Below, one piece after another: positions 63,701-64,000 of a DNA stretch of 64,000 bases; the first letter of the stretch is position 1; the number at the start of each line of letters is the position of its first letter. The stretch comes from Phallusia mammillata (lineage: Eukaryota). The stretch covers positions 18,972,001 to 19,036,000 of the forward strand of contig OZ281497.1 of the NCBI GenBank assembly GCA_965637545.1, in the 5' to 3' direction. The notes beneath the pieces are model-generated. The model saw only the letters and a list, made by a program, of their open reading frames with translations. It did not search any database and had not been told where the DNA came from. The position numbers and the translations under genes are program-made.

Positions 63701-64000
63701 TATCACTTGAGCTACAAAGCCTTTCCGGTTGCGTCTACAAAGGGCCATAGCTCATATCAGTAAACAGAAAACATGAATCATAAAAATCACGCATTAAACC
63801 AGTTAGTGGCTTCATTAGGTTATAGGTGAGCGAGTTAGTTACTTACGTACCTTGCGTGGTGAAACCGTTTGACGAACAAGGCTTGGAACTGACGCCAAAC
63901 CAATTTTTTGCCAGTTACTTTGTACGAGCCACGAGCCTGGGAACCGTCATCAAACGGTTCTGCTTCAGGGATTTGCAAAGATTCGACGCTGTTTCTTGAG
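57774..64000 (-). CDS. ABCA1: ABCA-subfamily lipid transporter, ABCA1/4/7-like, C-terminal half (5' part beyond the right edge)
   Basis: [10 protein letters not shown]; Walker [12 protein letters not shown]; [14 protein letters not shown]; [10 protein letters not shown]; [13 protein letters not shown]; SQTTLDE|VFVNFAK; stop TAG 57774; exact paralog uncertain. Confidence 0.9.
61282..61520 (+). mobile_element. Partial Charlie-like hAT MITE (left end only)
   Basis: cagtggttctcaaa at 61282; no matching right terminus found, so the end coordinate is approximate. Confidence 0.4.
63077..63475. mobile_element. hAT (Charlie-like) MITE, 399 bp, in an ABCA intron
   Basis: Termini cagtggttctcaac / gttgagaaccactg; perfect palindromic 8-bp TSD gtttaaac (63069-63076, 63476-63483). 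Confidence 0.92.

Overview
Eukaryotic animal DNA, AT-rich and intron-dense. It is most consistent with an ascidian tunicate (inference from compact introns, mosaic CpG depletion and a divergent hedgehog). Seven protein-coding genes are supported, all on the minus strand. Left to right: RanBP2/Nup358 (799-23620, continues off the left edge), MyD88 (25521-27252), OLA1 (28410-31401), a type II membrane C-type lectin with a very long neck (31921-34899), hedgehog (35646-43697), a SPATA6-family gene (51194-56234) and the 3' part of an ABCA1-like transporter (57774 to the right edge). Introns and intergenic DNA carry many hAT-type MITEs with readable target-site duplications (two nested cases) and a probable Helentron/HINE-like element with a 157-bp tandem array. 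The most unusual signals are a near-intact type I hammerhead ribozyme motif, a complete tRNA-like Pol III unit enclosed in 43-bp inverted repeats, a hedgehog altered at both lipidation junctions (CRPR N-terminus, GR|CF cleavage site), and a MyD88 with a BB-loop Pro-to-Ala change, a degron-like N-terminal extension, a GC-AG intron and upstream kB-like sites. No rRNA, CRISPR or prokaryotic features were seen. Exon boundaries were read by eye and no database searches were run.
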